Shown piece by piece: positions 1 to 14,847 of a DNA stretch of 64,000 bases (position 1 is its first letter; each line of letters opens with the position of its first letter). The DNA is from Balanoglossus misakiensis. Its lineage: Eukaryota > Animalia > Hemichordata. Made by a program: the position numbers and the translations under genes. The DNA lies in contig CM082580.2 in the NCBI GenBank assembly GCA_040954595.2, forward strand, positions 10,518,390-10,582,389, in the 5' to 3' direction. The notes beneath the pieces are model-generated. The model was not told the DNA's origin, ran no database searches, and saw only the letters and a list, made by a program, of their open reading frames with translations.

Positions 1-89
1 ATTCCATCTTGATGCAAATCCACGGGTTATTTTGATTTTGGCGATCAATGAACAAAGTATGAAAGGAGAGAGTGTGCTTTTATCCATAC

Positions 90-3000
90 CTTTATGTAAT
101 CGTCAAATTCTGTGCCAACTATTGCTTGGAATCCCCGGGGGTAGCGGCGGTGACGTAACACGCAGTGAATAGTGCACGCGCTGGCTGTAATTATTAGCAC
201 AACAATTATGGCAGCAAACATTCCTGTCGTCGTTGCATCAATCTCGTAAAGATGATCTGCTGTGTGACAGAAATGCATATTGTGATATATGACGTGCTAT
301 ACGCATTCTCGAGGGACTCGAACAGTCAACAGAAATTGCCCCCCCCCCTCCATCCCAAAGGTACTCGGGTTTTTGAAGACCCTGGTTCGGACGGTATCCC
401 AGGTCGTGTGCCGCGGACGAACTCTACCCAGTACATCATAATCTCGTCCAACTTCCTATTGATACAGACATTAATCCGACGATTGGGAGATCTTCAACAA
501 CCGTACTTGTCCCCAGAACCCTATTCCCAACCATTATAGACCAGTGACACTCATTTCACTTATCAGGAAATGTTTTGAACGTTTTGATACAGTCTATAAT
601 TCTCTTCCCCATTCACAACCAAACATAGACCCATATCAGCTTAAATATCATCGGAGAAGAGGTATTGACGATGCGTCATGTTATGAGAGATAAACTAACG
701 AAGTACGATGTTTATTAGATGTTGAAGTTACTTCTGAATTATTTTATAAAAGTTTTTTGATTGTGCCACCAAAACTTACATGATTGGTTTTGCAAACAAT
801 AGCATTCTCTGATGTCTTCTTGACATATGATGTTGTGTTCCTCGTTGCATTCGCACCGAATCTCACAAAACTTCCCACACGATGACGGCGCACAGTCACA
901 TGACCCGTCCATAGGGTTACATGTAGCGTTGTTCAGACAGAGGCATTCGTCTCTGCAGCCTTTGCCAAACCATCCGTGTGAACATACTAGAACAATAGCG
1001 AGAGAGTGATCAGTATGCATACGTTAGCACATGTGGAGCAGGATTCGCCTACTATTTTCGAAAACACCTTACATCCTACTTGGCTTTTTTCAGCAATAAG
1101 TCCATATGTCTCTCTTTCACGGACCTGATTTTCTGTGATTTGCTGTGTTGTGTATTTGTATTTGTCATTGCAACTGACCACGTGAGCGTGATAGTTGCCC
1201 GGACAGCTTTGGAATATGGATCGGTATGATTTGCTATTACTGGAAATCAGATCGGTTGGACCGCCGGCTCCGGAAGAAATTACCTTGATCGCAGTGCGTT
1301 CCCATCCAGCCTGGTTGACACAAGCAGCCTCGATGTCGATCACAAATGGCGCCATTTTCACAATTGCAAACCAGGTCGCATTCTTCGCCGTAGTAGTTTT
1401 CACGACAACCTGAAGTGATTGAAGGACAGTGTTGAATTTGGTGTTAATAGTAACCTCTGACCATTCAGAGGCAAACTATTACGAACACTCTCAGAGCACT
1501 GTCGTACACTCAATAATATGACAGTACTAGTGTTTACAATATGTTCGTAAATATAACAGAATGGGTTACAAAGCCAACAGTTCGAGAGCAATATCAGACA
1601 TGGTGAGATTCATACCACGGAATGAAAGAACTGTAGAAACCGAGTACGTTTTCCCCATTGCGTCCGTAATGATACATTCGTATACTCCTGCATAACTGTC
1701 TGTCATTCTGAATATTATGACATCTGTAGTATTTAAGCTGAAAGAGAAAGAGAGAGAGACGAAGACAAGGTAGAAAGTGAAGAGAGAATGTCATTACGTG
1801 ATAATTCACAAATCCAAAACATGATAATGTATACATCCCATGTAAGAAAATATAAGGTAATGACATATAAGGTAGGACTATTACCTCTCTGAAACTCTGA
1901 GAAGGATGTCACTTGAGTTAACAAGCATTTCACCGGAACCATCGAGATGCCACGTGACAGTGCTGTTTTCTAGCGGAATATTGTACAGTTTTGCAGTTAC
2001 AATTACATACTGGCCGTAGTAGACCTCGCGATATAGCACACCGAGTTGAATTTCGCTGTGCCCTGAAAAAAAGGGAAAAGGAACACTCATTTACTAAATA
2101 GAAACTGTTTTGTAGCAGTTGACTTGCGCTCAAATAGAAATAAATAACCTGTATCAACAGCAGCGCGACAAGAAAATGAAAAAAATGTACTCACGTATAT
2201 CACAAGCGGGTCCATGCCAACCCGGCATACACTTGCAGGCACCGTTTAAAGGATGACACGTGGCTCCATTTTTACATATGCAAATCTCCGTACACTCTAT
2301 ACTATAATATCCTTCTGGGCAGCCTGCAGACGATAAAAGGGCACTTTGAAAATACATATTAAAAACTGATGAATGGTAGCCATATTTAGTAAAATTCAAC
2401 AGAACAGAAATAGCAGTTGACATACTCACCGATTAATTTCAATTTCCCGCTAAGATTGAACGCCTTTCTCAGACCCGGAAATAAAACCGCACACGACATA
2501 TGCCTCTCAGTCATTAGGCGGCGAGTGAATGCATATGCAACGCTCCACGATGCAAATGTTTTGGATTTCCTGTCCCCGAAGAACTTGTTATCGCGTAGGT
2601 GAGCCGGAATACTCTCACTCCCCTGTAAAACAAATACAAATTTATGCCGGATTGACGATTCGCCGCCATTCGTTCGCGACGTACACGTACTGTTTATTGA
2701 GCCAGAGTTTGTGCTGTGACATTTCCTAAAATAGTCAACAAACTCCTTCTTTTCAAGCAAGCTGCCGTGATGCTTTAAGACCCATCCCCTTACGTCAATG
2801 ATCCCAGATAAATAGCGTAAACGTTATTACATAATTAACCATTTCATCTACCTCACGGAGCTGTAAATGGCCTGCTTGAAACTCCTCTTCTGAATCCATG
2901 TCATAGCACTTCATGCCAGCGCCGCTCTGAGGAAACTTTTCCACCAGCAGAGAATTCTGTAGATCTAAACCGTCTATCATCAGGTATATGTCTGCGGTAC

Positions 3001-6000
3001 CTGGCATCAAAATAGGTTTTGAAAGATGTAAAATCCACATCAATCAACAAAAGAGTGAACGAAGTCAGGGAAGATGGCGGCAAGAACATCACGTGATGTG
3101 AAGTGTTTCGAAAAGAGTGCGCGGGCCTGCCCTACCTTTAACCGAACTTTGGCGGAATTATAATGCAAGTCGTCGAGGAAAGCATGTGAATTAAAAAAAA
3201 AATTCTTCCCAACATCCTGTTAATATAGTGGAAACCGGGTACACTTACAGTCACCTCTACTTTCCATATACAGTCTATCGACCCAAAGATGATGCAACAC
3301 ATCTTCCATGGGTATTTCTGCATCTCCCAGGAGCACCTCGAGAAAGAACGGCTGAACAGCAGAATAACAGAGGTACAAGTGAAAAAATGAAGCCAATATT
3401 GTCAGTACTTGATCGATAAAAGAGCATTAACTGTCATACCTAATTTACACATGCCTATATACGGTCAAAAAGAAGTGTTTTAGTCTTCGAAAATCACTCA
3501 ATAGAATTACGTCTACGTGACCTCGGATATCAAACACTCTTTTGACAAAGTAAACAATGTATTTCTACTCATCACGTATTTTTGGTGATTCGCTGGTAAA
3601 AGCGTTGTCTTCCGTATATAACAAACAATGTATTGGCCTTTTAAGACGTCGTGTATTCAAATATTCGTGACTTCTTTTTTGAGCTCTTTCGATCATTTCT
3701 TTACACACGCACTTCACATTGCAGATGTACTCGGACACCGAAAAATGTAACGACTATCATCTCCACTTCTGCAAATTCACGACGAGGAAAAATATCTTGA
3801 AAGTGGAAGTCACTCACATAGTTCGGAGGTCGACTCTTTGAAGCCGTCGAGTGGCACGTGTCATTGAAGTACGGCGGCCAGTCAGGGTCGTCGGTTATCG
3901 TGATGTCGAGGGTGTGCCTCGCACACGTGTGCTCTTCGTGAAGCTGCAAGAGACAGCGGCGGCGGGTCATTCAAAGAGTCCGAGGCTTTAACTTTGAAGC
4001 TGCGGATATAAGTGTTTCTGCCCTCGTGAAATCGACAGGAAGAAAAGTTGGCAAAATATACTGTTGTACTTAAATTACTTCGTGTTTCCAAGTGTTCAAA
4101 GTCCAACAGTTTTAATTTACGTGATTCAGTTTCGGGTAAGAAGTATATGTTTACATGTTGAGTTGAAAGTGGTTGCGAACTGATAGTTCTAATTCTGACG
4201 TCAGAATTATGCAATATGGGAAACATGTACACGGTATTAAAATAATGACGCACAATTGAGATTTTTACATTCCTTTTCCCCAAACTGAAGAAAGTGACTC
4301 ACATTCTGTTGATACATTACGCACAGCACACTAAGTTCGTAGTGTTGATCAATATCGCGGTCGACATACCCGGCGAGATGCAAGATGGCCGCTTCGTCTA
4401 AACTGAATCTGTCATCCTACGTAATGAAATACATGTATATCTTCAATAGTTCAGGGGCAATAGTAAAAACACTGGCGGTTAAATTACGGTTTGCAAGAGT
4501 TTCGAATCGTAACTGTTAACGATAATGTTGTGAAGCCAGCGTTTAGCCAAACATGAAGGGGGGGGGGGGGGGCAAGGAGATATCAATTAACACATCTGCT
4601 TGGCCCAATCAGTACTTTTGAAGAAGTGGAATTCGGTTATCATCTTGACTGAAATGACGGAAACTATTAATCTAAAAATGCGACGAAGGTATACAATTCG
4701 ACCTCTAATCCCGGAAGTCTGTCTTTAAGTACAAATTTATACCGAACCCTTAGGGCGAACGTGTCCGACATCAAAGTTTTACGCAATCTATTAGGAAGTA
4801 GTTGGAAGTTAACGTGGCTTATGGCGACGGACAGTCCCATCTATACGATAAGCGACGCATCTCTCATCGGGACTACAACGGATAACAGGAATACGTAAAC
4901 CCAAACCTTGTTTGTGCTGGCGTCAATAAAGCATTGATAAGAAACGTTTGCTGCAGTTGGCACCTGGTAGATTTGAGTATGAATTGGCGTTGTCTGGTGA
5001 GAGAAAATTATTGTATTTACTGAAAATAAAACCAACAACTGATGGACACAGCTCGAATGACGAGCATTTCAAACAACGTATATGGATAATAAACGAATGA
5101 TAGCAACCGGCTATCAATATTATATTTTGATGCCAGTTCTTCACTGTGTCGCATACTGCTGGTTGCGAGACTTGTCGAGCAACACAGACGTTGCCAAAAC
5201 ACTACTCAAGAGTTTCTGTTAATATTTTCGCCAATGTTAAACTCAGCGGTCACGCTCAAAGCAGTAACTGTTATACTCACAACCGTCATTTCAGCGCAAG
5301 TCAATACGCCGCGCCGTCACGTGAATTGCACGTCATCAAAACCAAATTCGCTATATGCCCTAACAAGTTGTCCCCACCCTGTGCCGAGTAAACTGAAAGT
5401 ATTTCCCCCACGAACAACAAATTTACCAGCTGTCAAATTCTGTTTCAAATATACACGCAAGTGGAATTGCGTAGGCGAAGGTTCTTGAAGTGTGTACGCA
5501 ATACTTGCGTTGTGTACCTTCCTCGGGATCGTATATAGGCACGTGTAATTACGCGACCGGGCGTGTACCGCTTATGGTCTACCAATCTGATTAAAATCAG
5601 ATGTAGGGAACGGCGACGTGAGGCGACAGCATACAAAAAAAACACGTCGCCGTTCCCTACATCTGATTTCAATCAGATTGCTGGTCTACGTACAGGGTCT
5701 AAAAACAAGGCTCACCTCACTAATCCTGAGAAAATGGACGCTGACAACACCAGGTTGATCACACACACCGACTGAAACACACAGAGAGGAAGTTACGCAT
5801 TGAAAAACACGTACACATTTTAGTGCTACTTCAGAATGTCTATGTTTTGCTAGGTCAAATATATTATGTATTTTAATTTCGTTCTTTGCCAGATAGGGCT
5901 GTCACTTTGACAAGAGAGGAATTTACCTTAGTAGAGTTTCAAATCGAACGTTAACATTTTTTTTCGATGTAGAGATATTCAAATTCAAAACTCAACCACT

Positions 6001-6236
6001 GCTGCCAAAAATGTACTAGTACATAGTAGAAGATCATGTCAAAAATTAAATGTAAAAGCGTGGCACTTACCTGGAACGTAAGCTTGGGCAAGGCCGCATT
6101 TCCCATTGATAATCTGAAGAATTGTCAGCAACCCGGTGATAAAAAGTTTGCCTCCGAACTTTCGAGTCCTGCGCGGCGATTTGTGGCACTGTGTGCATTT
6201 CGAGTGTGATAACGTTGTACACATATCTGTGTTCAT
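90..6236 (-). CDS. Single-pass receptor with cadherin-like, Ig-like and laminin/EGF-like domains (Tie/RET/MEGF-like ectodomain); 3' end lies beyond the window start
   Basis: GT-AG exons: 6236-6071 (signal-like LFITGLLTILQII), 4993-4907, ~4190-4062 (LLDFE), 3943-3818 (ITITDDPDWPPYFN, like the cadherin DxNDNxPxF motif), 3351-3249, 3000-~2852, 2622-2430, 2323-2195 (EGF: CPEGYYSIECTEICICKNGATCHPLNGACKCMPGWHGPAC), 2062-1885 plus 1737-1616 (Ig: TVTW...AGVYEC), 1409-1284 (EGF), 986-780 (EGF), 256-90 (TM GMFAAIIVVLIITASACTIHCVL then RHRR). Phases are consistent from 3943 downward. Exons between 6071 and 4062 are incompletely resolved. Confidence 0.8.
5583..5680. repeat. Inverted repeat: 38-bp arms with 1 mismatch and a 22-nt loop (MITE-like or foldback)
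   Basis: CAATCTGATTAAAATCAGATGTAGGGAACGGCGACGTG (5583-5620) pairs with CACGTCGCCGTTCCCTACATCTGATTTCAATCAGATTG (5643-5680). It lies in an intron of the receptor gene. Confidence 0.9.
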
Positions 6237-9200
6237 TTTTATATCCTTCGACGAACTGGTCCTTGGATCACAAATATACGCTTGCATCCGCCTGACCCCG
6301 AGACTTACCTCTGCTCTAATAGTCACGCCCACTTGACACATGTAGTGTTATGAGCGTCGACTAATAATACTGTTTTACAGCTCTCGATGCGTAGAACTGA
6401 GAAAAATTCGCAGACTAAGATTTCAAGCAAAACAGCACAGAATAACTTGTATAGAACTAAATGTATACTAAACTTGTGTCTAAGCTTCGTTGTTATACTC
6501 GCGATCGATTCGGGTATCCCCGTTACACCGCTGTCGCGCTTACGCGCCGGAAAATCTCACGCAGGTTCAGCTTCGAGGTGTGTTGTCACGTGGTTGTTAT
6601 TTTGGGAAATGCGTAATGGGACTTAGTTTTTCTCTGTCATGAGTACACTCCTATCTGAAGCATCTACAGACCCTTATGCACAGCCGATGGCAAATTCAAG
6701 AAATTGTGTGTCGGTACAGACTCTTGTAAGCAAGTCCATCACGAAAACGTAAACACTCACAAAACTGTATACACATAATGTGTATATTCGTGCATTTCAG
6801 CGAGTTGTTGTGTACGTAGGGGAAATGCGGGACAATGATAATTGAACCTCGAATAACAACAGCGGTGTTAAATAAAGGTCACAGTTGTTGGATCTACACA
6901 TGCTACTCCGTTATTAGTGCCATTGATAGTCACATGTTCTAAGTTTCGCTTCTGCTTTCTCAGATAGGGTTGAACTAAACTTCCCCCACGTATGCGTCTC
7001 TGTACACGCTTACGTTTGCAAGCACACAGGCACCCAGCCCCAGTTGAACGATTGCGAGTGCCTGGTATAACGATTCAAGCTGTAGACATAATTATGCGTT
7101 GATCTCCAGCTACATTTCTGGATTTTACCTTTTCGGCAAACGAAAGATAAAAATCCGCACATCACTGAGGGCTTCTCGGAGTTGAAACGGAATCAAAAGC
7201 AGTCCTCGGGTAATAGCGGGCAATAAAACCGTAAATAAAACCGCGGATCGCTGGTAATTGCAAATGTTTGTTATTGCCGACCGCAAGAAACGCACCGGCA
7301 CCTGGCACAAGATCGTCTTCAACTTCTCATTAATTTCACGTGCAATATCCCGTCCCCCGTGAAGTTAACGACAGCTCTGATAAATGTTTACGATATACAT
7401 TGTACACCCAGTGTTCCCGCTCTCTTTTTGCTTAGCATTTAAGTTTGTCGTTAGTCTCATGGGAAAGGGAGAACCAATCTTCAAATGGAGTTGGCGGCTT
7501 TCTTAGCTTGTGTCGTCCATGCAAAAGAATGCTATCAAAAGACACTATGACGTGGCTTCTAGGATTGCAAATATAAAAGTTCAGTTTATATGCAGGTTCT
7601 TCACGCTGCCTTATTATAACGCAGAATTAAGTACTTTCATCTTACTTGCCAATCTAATTTAATGATTGAATCTGCCGAAATCTTTTCGATAAGTACAGAT
7701 TTCCCAACCTAGACACCAATAGCCAAGTCCTAAATTTCCGAGAGAGGTACGTTTTTTTCCCGTTTACATGTACACACAATTTGTCTCCAATTCAAATCCA
7801 TGCGTACATGTACTGTTCACATTGACGGCAAAATACATAGTTTAATCGTCTGAAAGTCTCATGATAAACGATATGGACACCAGATAACCTCTTGGAAATG
7901 TCGCCGGAGGCCACGTCGAACAGCAAGCGTTGACCTCTTTGGCTTTCAGTTTGGTTAGACCCGCAATAACCTGTCTCAGAAGAAGTGGCTGCTTGTGTGG
8001 GTCGTCTGCAGTTTCCCATTTTCCCACCGAATTAACTTCTGAAAGATTGCTGTCTCTTCTCATTTGAGTCGGCAAAAATCATGACCGTGCCCATTACACG
8101 GTCTCTGGCGACAGTCGTCTGCAGTTTTTCAGCTCGTTTTTACCTCCCGGGGCCTCCATTGACGTAATTTGAGAGTACTTTTTATGGAAAACCTTATTGA
8201 ATACATGTACATGTAATTATACTACATGGGCTTATTCCATTACTTCAACTATATCAGTTCAACCCAGATCGCTGTTTCATTTACTCGATATACGGAGCTG
8301 TAAGTGTCGGGTGTGTTTCTTCTCGGCGTTACAGAGTACACATTCAGTAAAACCCACACGAATATCACCGCTTTTTATGTAGCATACTGTTGGAATAACC
8401 TTTAATGTTTAACACCTCTCTCATTCTAGCTCGGCAAAGTGTGTACACGTATAGGCGCAAGAAGGTCTAAACACCCCCATACAAGTGTGCACTTGTTTGA
8501 TAGTGCGCTGATAAATGCGCAAAGTATCTCAAAAGTGCCAGGGAAGTGCTGGCGTTGAATGAAAAGGCTTCCGACACCGTGTCCTCACGGATGCCGGGTA
8601 CAATATTCCGCGTTGTAATATAAATCACTGCAAAATTCGCATTTGAAATAGGGACGCCCACGGATCCAACGATTGCATGAAGCCATTTTAGTATTCAGCG
8701 CGCAAACCACCGCGGAAAGGGGAGTCGTTAGTGAAATTCTTAATGGGGGCATTGTCAATAACACAAACGTACCGACTCGGGCGACCCCAACCCCCAAACC
8801 CCAGTGCGAAAAGTAATAACAGTGTATCCTGTAAAATGAGTCATTTTCTCTTGCGGTCTGTTATTTTTCCTCATACATACATTCATACAACACCATCAGT
8901 TGTCTGTTTGTAAAACGTGTGCTACCACAGTACATACATTTACCACTGGACCAGACGGTAAATTATCATTCGAATGGAAGATATTCTTATAATATCGTGA
9001 CCCATATTTTTGACTGTTTTGTTGCTCCCAGTTATGAAGAAAGTTCTCAAGCACATATTATTTTGCATCAGACTAAGGTAAAGATCGGTGTCAGCGTCTT
9101 AGTGAGCTCAGCAGGAGAAATTTGTATAAGCCCCTGTCGGTTGGTTAGGCAAAAAAAATACTTTTGAACAACTTCCGTGACGTCGCTATTGAAAATGCTT

Positions 9201-12200
9201 CAACACAATATTGGCTGCAGATACTGTGGAAACCATTCAAGAATTATTTTTCATTGTACGCTCGCCTTCCGTGAATTCTTATGACAACTCCCTAGGCAAG
9301 ACTGGATCCTGCAAAGGACCGACCGATCCTATACGTCAATATACATTGCACATTGTGTAAGCCTATATTGCGAAATTGATTGAAAGCGAGCATAAATCCC
9401 CATGACAATGCTCTATGGCGATTCGAAGATGCATGGGGAACAAAATCTTCTTTTCATGCGATTGAGCACTGAGGTATAAGATATCCTCTGAAGAGAACCA
9501 TGATCTCCGTGGAAGGACGGCGAATAAGACTGACTAACACACTTCTTTTTCTCAACGCCCATGCATTGATCATGAGAAAATCTTATTGTAAACAACATGC
9601 ACAGCCACACACGGTCTATTAATTGGGATTGGGCTGCCCGTAAGGGCCGCCGCGCCATGTTATTATTTGAAAACTGCCTTTCAATCAACAACCCCTGTCG
9701 TTTCAGTTTGTTTCCATGGGGATGAAGCCGATCTCATGTTTGTAGTATTTTTGCAAAGATAAATGAGTTTCAATTCAGCCTCGATTGTCAAGCGGAATTT
9801 TGCTCGAGGTAGTGTAGATTACAGGGAAGTCAATCTTTTGTTCGAAACTCGAACTACCCAGCTTCATTTTTGTATTAAAAGGAGCGGAGCAGATTTATTA
9901 GTTATATCCAACTACAATATAACGAGAAATGTAATGAACTGCTTGGTCTATCACAATCGCACAACTTTGACAATATTCTGTTTTCGACAATTGAGCGATA
10001 CAATTAAAATACTCTGCATGTCCATCATTGATAAATTTCAAAAGCATTTGAAACTCCTTCAAGCGTCATTCTTTATTTTATTCCAAAGATTACGTGTTCT
10101 TTCTACACTAATCTTGCAGTGCTGTAGCAATGTGTATATACTTTCTATGGTAAATGGTCTACAGTAGAATAATGTTATGAAAACGCATGTATACACCTGT
10201 ATAATCAACTGTATAATTCATTAGAAATTGGTGCTTACAGTCCACATGCAGCTGGTAGATCGTTTAAACTTCCGTATTACGCACACGCACACACGCATAC
10301 AGACGCTCAATAAATACGCGCGCATGTTGCGGATACTGGCCTCAGCGCTATTCCAATATCACCGAACTCAGAATATAATCTACACAATGTATAGGAGGGA
10401 CTCACATTCTACACATGTACAGATTTTAGTACACACATAAGTGAAGCATTGTTACAACAGTTTGCGTTTGTGTTACGGCACATTTACTTTTAGTACTCCC
10501 ATGGGCAGTACGCTGCGGAGTTTATTCTTTCAGGTGGCGTAGTTTTATATCCCCGCAGAAATCATCTTTATTAAAGTTGCAATAATCGACTTTTTTTACT
10601 TAAACGAAATATCGTAACTGCTGATGAATTTCAGCGCGCTGATGTGATGACGGAGCGATAACATGTTTATTGGAAAACTGTGACGCAGCAAAATGGCCTT
10701 CTGCGAAATTAAAATCTTGGGATTCTCTGGTGTGACGTGAATTTTCATTCAAAGCCAGAAGCGCCACACAACGCACGCGTGTATGGATGGAATTGAATGC
10801 AATTGCGCGTGAATTCACTTTTGTCACGTACCTGCAAATAAATTCGCATTTTTCTCATTTCCATGCACAATTAACGAGATAGAAATCGTGAAATATATAC
10901 TTGAGTCGTTCTGAGACGTCGTGAATTTTACTCCGAGAAATATGCCGGATGTGACGTATGTACAGACCTTTGCAAAAAACAAAGCAGTGTAAGTTCGACA
11001 GGCCTATAGGCCGTCAAATGGAAATTCCGCTCTCAGAAGATTAATGGTTCTCCGCACGAGTGTTTGTGTTCATGTATACCCCTCCCCCCTCCTGAATGTT
11101 ACATAGCACGTTACCACCTCGTATTCAGTGACAACAGTTAGCACAAGTAATGGAACAGATCCCTAAGATATTTTTTGGTTAATCGTGTATACCTTCTGGG
11201 TTGGTTGATAATGGAAGTCCCCGTTGGTTTTGCCAATTAATCGAACGTAAGCGGATCTGGTACATTTTAAGTAGGACCGCGAGGGGGAAAAGTACTCAGT
11301 GCCAGGCGTTGTTCGGACTCAGATGTTCCTGTGGCGAAATACCACGTGTTCACTGAGACAATCTCCATTAAAAAAATACATTGTGATTGGATCCCCATTA
11401 CACCGTTTCCCGTCTTCGCGTAAGTGTACCCTCGCAGAATGTTGTTAGAGCACACGTGCAAGGAATGTGTTTTTCACGAGAAGTTTCAATCTAAACGGCG
11501 CAATTCCAGCCAAACCGACGATAAATTAGATCACACATTATTTAGCGTATATGGAACAACACGTACGTGTTTTTGTAAACTAGTCAGAAGTTTACCGTCT
11601 CTTCGTGTATAGAGTTGATCTAAAACATGAGCTCTCCGCCAATGACGCTATAGTCAATCTGGCTGTAAGAGGTCTGTTTCATTTTTCCCCCAAGATTATT
11701 TATAGCAATCTGCTCCGCAAGTCGAAGTAGTCAACTTCATTTTATAACGAGCCGCTTTAGGACACGTTGATATTTTCTCTTTGTTGGTGAACTGAAATGA
11801 GAAACTTGCTCGTCTGATATCTCTCCACAACGCATAACGAATTCTAAAACGGCGCAATATAGAATTTGTCTCCCCGGGCCAAAATACACCACTTCTCTGA
11901 TATTGGACCATTCCACTGCCAAAGATAATGTGACCACTGCTGTTAGGTTCTGGGAGATTGGGCATCGGGGAAATATGCCCAGCTGAACAGAAACGAATAG
12001 AAGGGTCCTTGATAATTCGCAAATGCTTTTTATGCTGCCCAAGTGTGTGTGTAACTACAGATCACGTGGGGGAAGACCGCATTAACAACCCGGAGCAGGC
12101 CAGATCGATATTCATAAGGACTACCCAGCCAATTTAAAATAACCGGCGGGAAGAAAGTAATGGCATGAGATGATAATGTCATATCATAATGGCGGCTTTT

Positions 12201-12810
12201 TGACGGATGGTGTGCCCAACTTCGTCGTTTACGTTTTAACAACCTGTGTTAATATTCGCGCCCGTTGTTCGGGGTCAGGTAAGCTTGAGCTGCGGCGCAC
12301 CAGTTGCAGACTAAACCACTTTTGAATAAGAAAGTTGGAACGAGCGAGTGCTTTGGAAGGTTGTCGCCACCACAGATCGATTGACTCAGCCAGCCTGTTG
12401 CGGAGTGGTCGAGGCAGCTTGGATTTGTCCTGTCAGTCAGCGGCTACGACGAAAGCGTCACGTTGCGACCGACCGACCGACACAACCGCTTGGATGTCAC
12501 AAGTTGAACCGTGCGTGTACCGAGACCATTTTCTGTGTTTACTTGCTCGGTGAACAGCGGAAGTCGCACCCGCTCTCTCATTGGTCGTCGTGAAATTGGT
12601 CTAAATTTGCGGCAAATTGGGCTCAAGTCAACTTCATTATACGCTTGTTTGCTTCGCACGAGTGGCTCTCCCAGGAATTGCAACCACCCTTAGAAGAAGT
12701 ACACGCAGTAACTTGCAGAACCCCTAACAAGCAGTCGACACCGCCGATTATTTCAGGAAAGACTGCGATCACAAAGCGAGGCTGTCGCGGACACTACGAA
12801 CACCGGAACG

Positions 12811-14816
12811 ATGCCGGAATCGCCGTGGCTCCCTCTTCTTGTGGGTAAGTAATGATTCCACCACAATCTGCTTGCTAACCCAGCCTCTGTGCGCGCGACA
12901 GTGATGTTTGGCGCCAAGCTGTGTCTATACGAGTCAAAATAAGATTCACGAGCTTGCCAGTCGTGACCGCAAAATATATAAGCTGATATTCCATAGGCGT
13001 TCTATAACATTAACGTGTCTAATCTAATCCGAGCCGCCTGTCTTCCTTTTAGAGTTTCTCATACAAAAAAAAATTAAGACTGCTTTGAGATGCTATCGAC
13101 ACCAGCTTCAGTGGATGCGAATAAACCACCGAACGAGTATGCGAGATACATATTCGAGCGGCTAAGTTCATCAATTACAGTTGACGCGACCGCCTTATCA
13201 CCTGCCGAATGCCTTTTGCGCTCTATTGAAACCATAGATGAAAGTTTTTATGTCGATCACTTGCGGGTGCTCTTTTCGGTAAACTCTTCGCAATGGACAG
13301 TAGTTGATATGATATCCATGTACAGTCGAATGTTTGTTTCACGTATTCATCTTTGGTCCCTCTACTACGGATAGCCGCTTAAACTCCTGCGATTCCAATG
13401 TCAAAACAAACCATTGGTGGAGAATGGTACACTGAGCGTCTGTGTATGAATGTATGTCTGCGTGTAACTTGTGTCCACACACAAACATACACACACAATT
13501 GGCCTACAGAGAACCTAGACCTACCAACATAATATAATATAATATAATATAATATAATATAATATAATATAATATAATATAATATAATATAATATAATAT
13601 AATATAATATAATATAATATAATATAATATAATATAATATAATATAATATTAATAATATTAATAATATTAATAATATTAATAATATTAAGAATATAATAT
13701 AACTTAAATCTTGCCAAGTGGCCTACACAATTATCAGCATTGAATTATTCCTCGAACTCTTCTCAATCTACAGACTCTTACGCCTTTTGACACGTCATTA
13801 AAGTAATCCTCCCCTACATACATTGACATTTCACGTTTATGCGAATTTGTCAAACCCACTTAGAGGGTTGGCGAGCGAAATACTTGTCGCTAATGGAAAA
13901 CTGATCCACCACTTTAATGAAAAAATGGCCGTGCGTGTGTCGCTAGCCGCGCCAGAGTCTAGATTGCATCAGTAAACGTTCGCGGCAGCTTTTTAGAACA
14001 AGCCTCGAGGTTGAATGAAATAACTTAAAGTTTTCACACTGCAATATGCAATTATCGTAGATATTGGGATACGTTTTGTTTTTGTGCGATAAAAACAATT
14101 ACCTCACCACTTTTTCTGTGTACACTTTGATCGACTCTTTTAACTGTGTAAATAACATCTTTAAAAGAACGCGGTGAAAATCTCCACATGTAGTATAGCA
14201 ACGGCTTTTGTAGATCGATATTGAATTAAAAAAGGCAGCGAGCTTAGCGTCTGGTCGTCGTTGTGTTTCCGCTAATCAAACGGTTGTTGCGTTAACAACA
14301 TCAGCATTATTTCATAAATTATATCTCCCCCCCCCCCCGCTGTACATGTATTTAGGAAAACTGTTTTGCGAACCCATTCTTCACCTTTCGACATCAATTC
14401 CAGTGTAGTAGCGAACTCTCGCTTCCCAGCGGCAACCTGTGAGGCATTTGATGACTATGGAACCCGTTGGCCACATCGCTGTCTAATATCCCGCGGGAAC
14501 TTTTTTTTGCTTTCTTGAATACTGAATCTAAATAACTGTCACTGTTATAATGAATATCTGAATTTTACTCCCCGTGCGCACTTGTTTCGATGTTCTTTCT
14601 CCTTGTGAGATCAAAGTCGCCCTTGAAAATTTCCATGCCCTCGGTAAGACAAGTGCTTGTTGGGACTGGTTGTCATAGGAACAGCACCAACGACCCTTTG
14701 GCGTTGTTATGGCTATTGAGTATTCTGGCAGAGAACATGCATGCCACGTAAATGGACGGTAAAATCTGGCACCACGGCAATCAGTGGCGGGATAAAGATC
14801 GCTTCTGAATATCAAG

Positions 14817-14847
<31 letters not shown>

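Noticed and set aside
8585-8690. Short Zn-finger-like ORF MASCNRWIRGRPYFKCEFC...RH
   Set aside because: Ends after about 33 codons with no splice continuation or transposon termini found.
13379-13717. ILYY-repeat ORF; likewise the FFLS-repeat ORFs at 50784-51043
   Set aside because: Microsatellite artefacts.
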